Below are positions 34,565 through 35,971 of a DNA stretch of 35,971 nt, piece after piece (the stretch's first letter is position 1; each line of letters begins with the position of its first letter). A program made the translations under genes and the position numbers. The notes beneath the pieces were generated by a model. It searched no databases. It was given only the letters and a program-made list of their open reading frames with translations, and had not been told where the DNA came from. The DNA comes from a virus (Duplodnaviria > Caudoviricetes), in the IMG/VR virus record IMGVR_UViG_3300032314_000102, positions 1 through 35,971 of that record; one strand, 5' to 3'.

Positions 34565-35062
34565 ATGCCATTTAGAAAAACAGACAAGGGTTGGTTCTGG
34601 GGTAGCTCCGGTCCATATCCATCTAAAGCCAAAGCAATTCAGGTTGCTAGAGCCGCCCATGCTTCAGGATATAAGGAAGAATCAGCCATGCAAAATATTA
34701 TTGGTGAATTTGTAGGGACATTGCTACATTCAGCCACAATTGCCCATATCATGCACCTTCAGGCTAAAGGCGAAGGTTCTTATGCCAAGCATCAGGCACT
34801 CGCTACATACTATGACAGCGTGGTAGATGCCACAGATACTTTGGCAGAAGCAATACAGGGCTGTTTAGGTGAGATTATTGAGTATTACCCACCTATGTTT
34901 GGCAATCCAGCAGTAGAAGCCCTAGACTATTTAAAGTCTATTCGGGAATATGTCATGGAAAATCGTACTGCCATTTCTGATTACAGCAATATCCAGAATG
35001 AGATTGACACAATCATGACCCTTCTGGATAGCACCATCTACAAGCTAACCTTCCTAAGATGA
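34565..35062 (+). CDS. Ferritin/Dps-like four-helix protein with a basic N-terminal extension
   Basis: AHIMHLQ, SYAKH.AL..YY, D.LAE..QG and QN.ID.I..L...T.YKL.FL. Confidence 0.65.
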   Translation: MPFRKTDKGWFWGSSGPYPSKAKAIQVARAAHASGYKEESAMQNIIGEFVGTLLHSATIAHIMHLQAKGEGSYAKHQALATYYDSVVDATDTLAEAIQGCLGEIIEYYPPMFGNPAVEALDYLKSIREYVMENRTAISDYSNIQNEIDTIMTLLDSTIYKLTFLR

Positions 35063-35283
35063 TGAACTGGAATATCAGAGTAGTTCAATATTCTGAGGAT
35101 GAAGAAACAATCCTAGAGGTTGCAGAGGTTTACTACAACAATCATGGTAAACCCTGTGGCTTTTGTGTAGCTAGAGCATCAGGCGAATCTATAGATGAAC
35201 TGCATGAATACACAGACAAGATGAAGGAAGCATTGGCATTACCCATCATAGAATTCAGCAAAGACTTTGGCAATTGGGATTAA
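35059..35283 (+). CDS. Hypothetical protein
   Basis: WN.RVV, EVYY...G.P and GES..EL...M.EAL..P pattern seen in small phage proteins. Confidence 0.65.
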   Translation: MMNWNIRVVQYSEDEETILEVAEVYYNNHGKPCGFCVARASGESIDELHEYTDKMKEALALPIIEFSKDFGNWD

Positions 35284-35316
35284 TAGTGTTGTGCCAAAAC
35301 AACAAAAGGATAAAAA

Positions 35317-35469
35317 ATGAATGCAAATGAATTAGCTGAGAAATTAGAGCAAGGACATTGGGAAGGTGGCACTAGAGAACAAGTTGCTACTTTGTTACGC
35401 AAACAACAAGATGAAATACAGTATTGGAAAGAGATGTTTGAAAAGGCTATGAAGGCACAAGAGAAGTAA
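35317..35469 (+). CDS. Small hypothetical protein, 50 aa
   Basis: MNANELAEKLE..., AAGGA RBS, TAATG-coupled to the HNH gene. Confidence 0.65.
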   Translation: MNANELAEKLEQGHWEGGTREQVATLLRKQQDEIQYWKEMFEKAMKAQEK

Positions 35470-35921
35470 TGCCCAGCATTCCTACTTATACCAAGTGTGC
35501 CAGCCTAGGATGTAAGAACACCAAGAGTAAGCTCAATAGCTATTGCATGGAGCATGGTGGTAAGGATTGGATCAACACTCAGGATAGAAAGGAATTCAAT
35601 TCCCTTTATCAAACTGCATTCTGGAAGAATAAAAGAATACAACAACTATCTATCAATCCTTTATGCCAAGCCTGTTTAAAGATGGGTAGAGTGACACAGG
35701 CAAATCATGTAGATCATGTCTTTTCTTGGAATGCTATAGGCAAGGAAGCCTTCTACAATAATCTATTCCAATCCCTATGCCCTGAGTGCCACAGCCATAA
35801 GACAGCACTAGAGAAACAGGGTATATACCGATGCTATATAGCAGAAATAAAGGACTATGCCTTGCATGAATACAAATTTGTTCTTGGCTCGACCCCATCC
35901 CATGCATTAAAAGTGTTGTAA
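35469..35921 (+). CDS. HNH endonuclease (terminase-associated, HK97 gp74-like)
   Basis: NPLCQAC, HVDHV and N.FQSLCPECHSHKT. Adjacent to terS across the genome junction. Confidence 0.9.
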   Translation: MPSIPTYTKCASLGCKNTKSKLNSYCMEHGGKDWINTQDRKEFNSLYQTAFWKNKRIQQLSINPLCQACLKMGRVTQANHVDHVFSWNAIGKEAFYNNLFQSLCPECHSHKTALEKQGIYRCYIAEIKDYALHEYKFVLGSTPSHALKVL

Positions 35922-35971
35922 AAAAGAGACATCTTTGGAGAAACTTAAACTTTTCCCCCATTGCTAAAGAG

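Noticed and set aside
1-35971. tRNA genes or stop-codon reassignment
   Set aside because: No cloverleaf with T-loop GTTCRA was seen in the short intergenic gaps, and genes are full length in the standard code with all three stops in use.

Overview
The window looks like a complete or near-complete ~36 kb, AT-rich (roughly 36-38% GC by eye) tailed dsDNA phage genome with an HK97-type head and a lambda-like non-contractile tail, opened between the HNH gene and terS, where cos would be expected. The + strand from 58 to 25069 holds terminase, portal, protease, two tandem paralogous HK97-fold capsid genes, neck and tail genes with a -1 frameshifted chaperone, tape measure, tail tip, a long (Ser-Gly-X)n fibre followed by a methyltransferase/GT2/GT9-like cassette, and lysis genes (holin, GH19 endolysin). 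The - strand from 25130 to 28733 is an early recombination operon (SSB, YqaJ exonuclease, Sak3-like annealase, many small ORFs). The + strand from 28883 to 33200 carries replication and DNA-modification genes (DUF1376 initiator with iterons, Mom-like protein, PAPS-reductase-like protein, nucleases). An inverted exonuclease/SprT pair, a ferritin-like gene and the HNH gene follow. I found no integrase or CI-like repressor. The most notable signals are a candidate virion-fibre glycosylation system, a second capsid paralogue behind a terminator, strong GCWGC and CCWGG avoidance, a recurring TGTTG-N8-CAACA operator, and several structured intergenic RNAs. All family calls come from recognising motifs by eye, not from database searches. 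A proteobacterial host is an inference.
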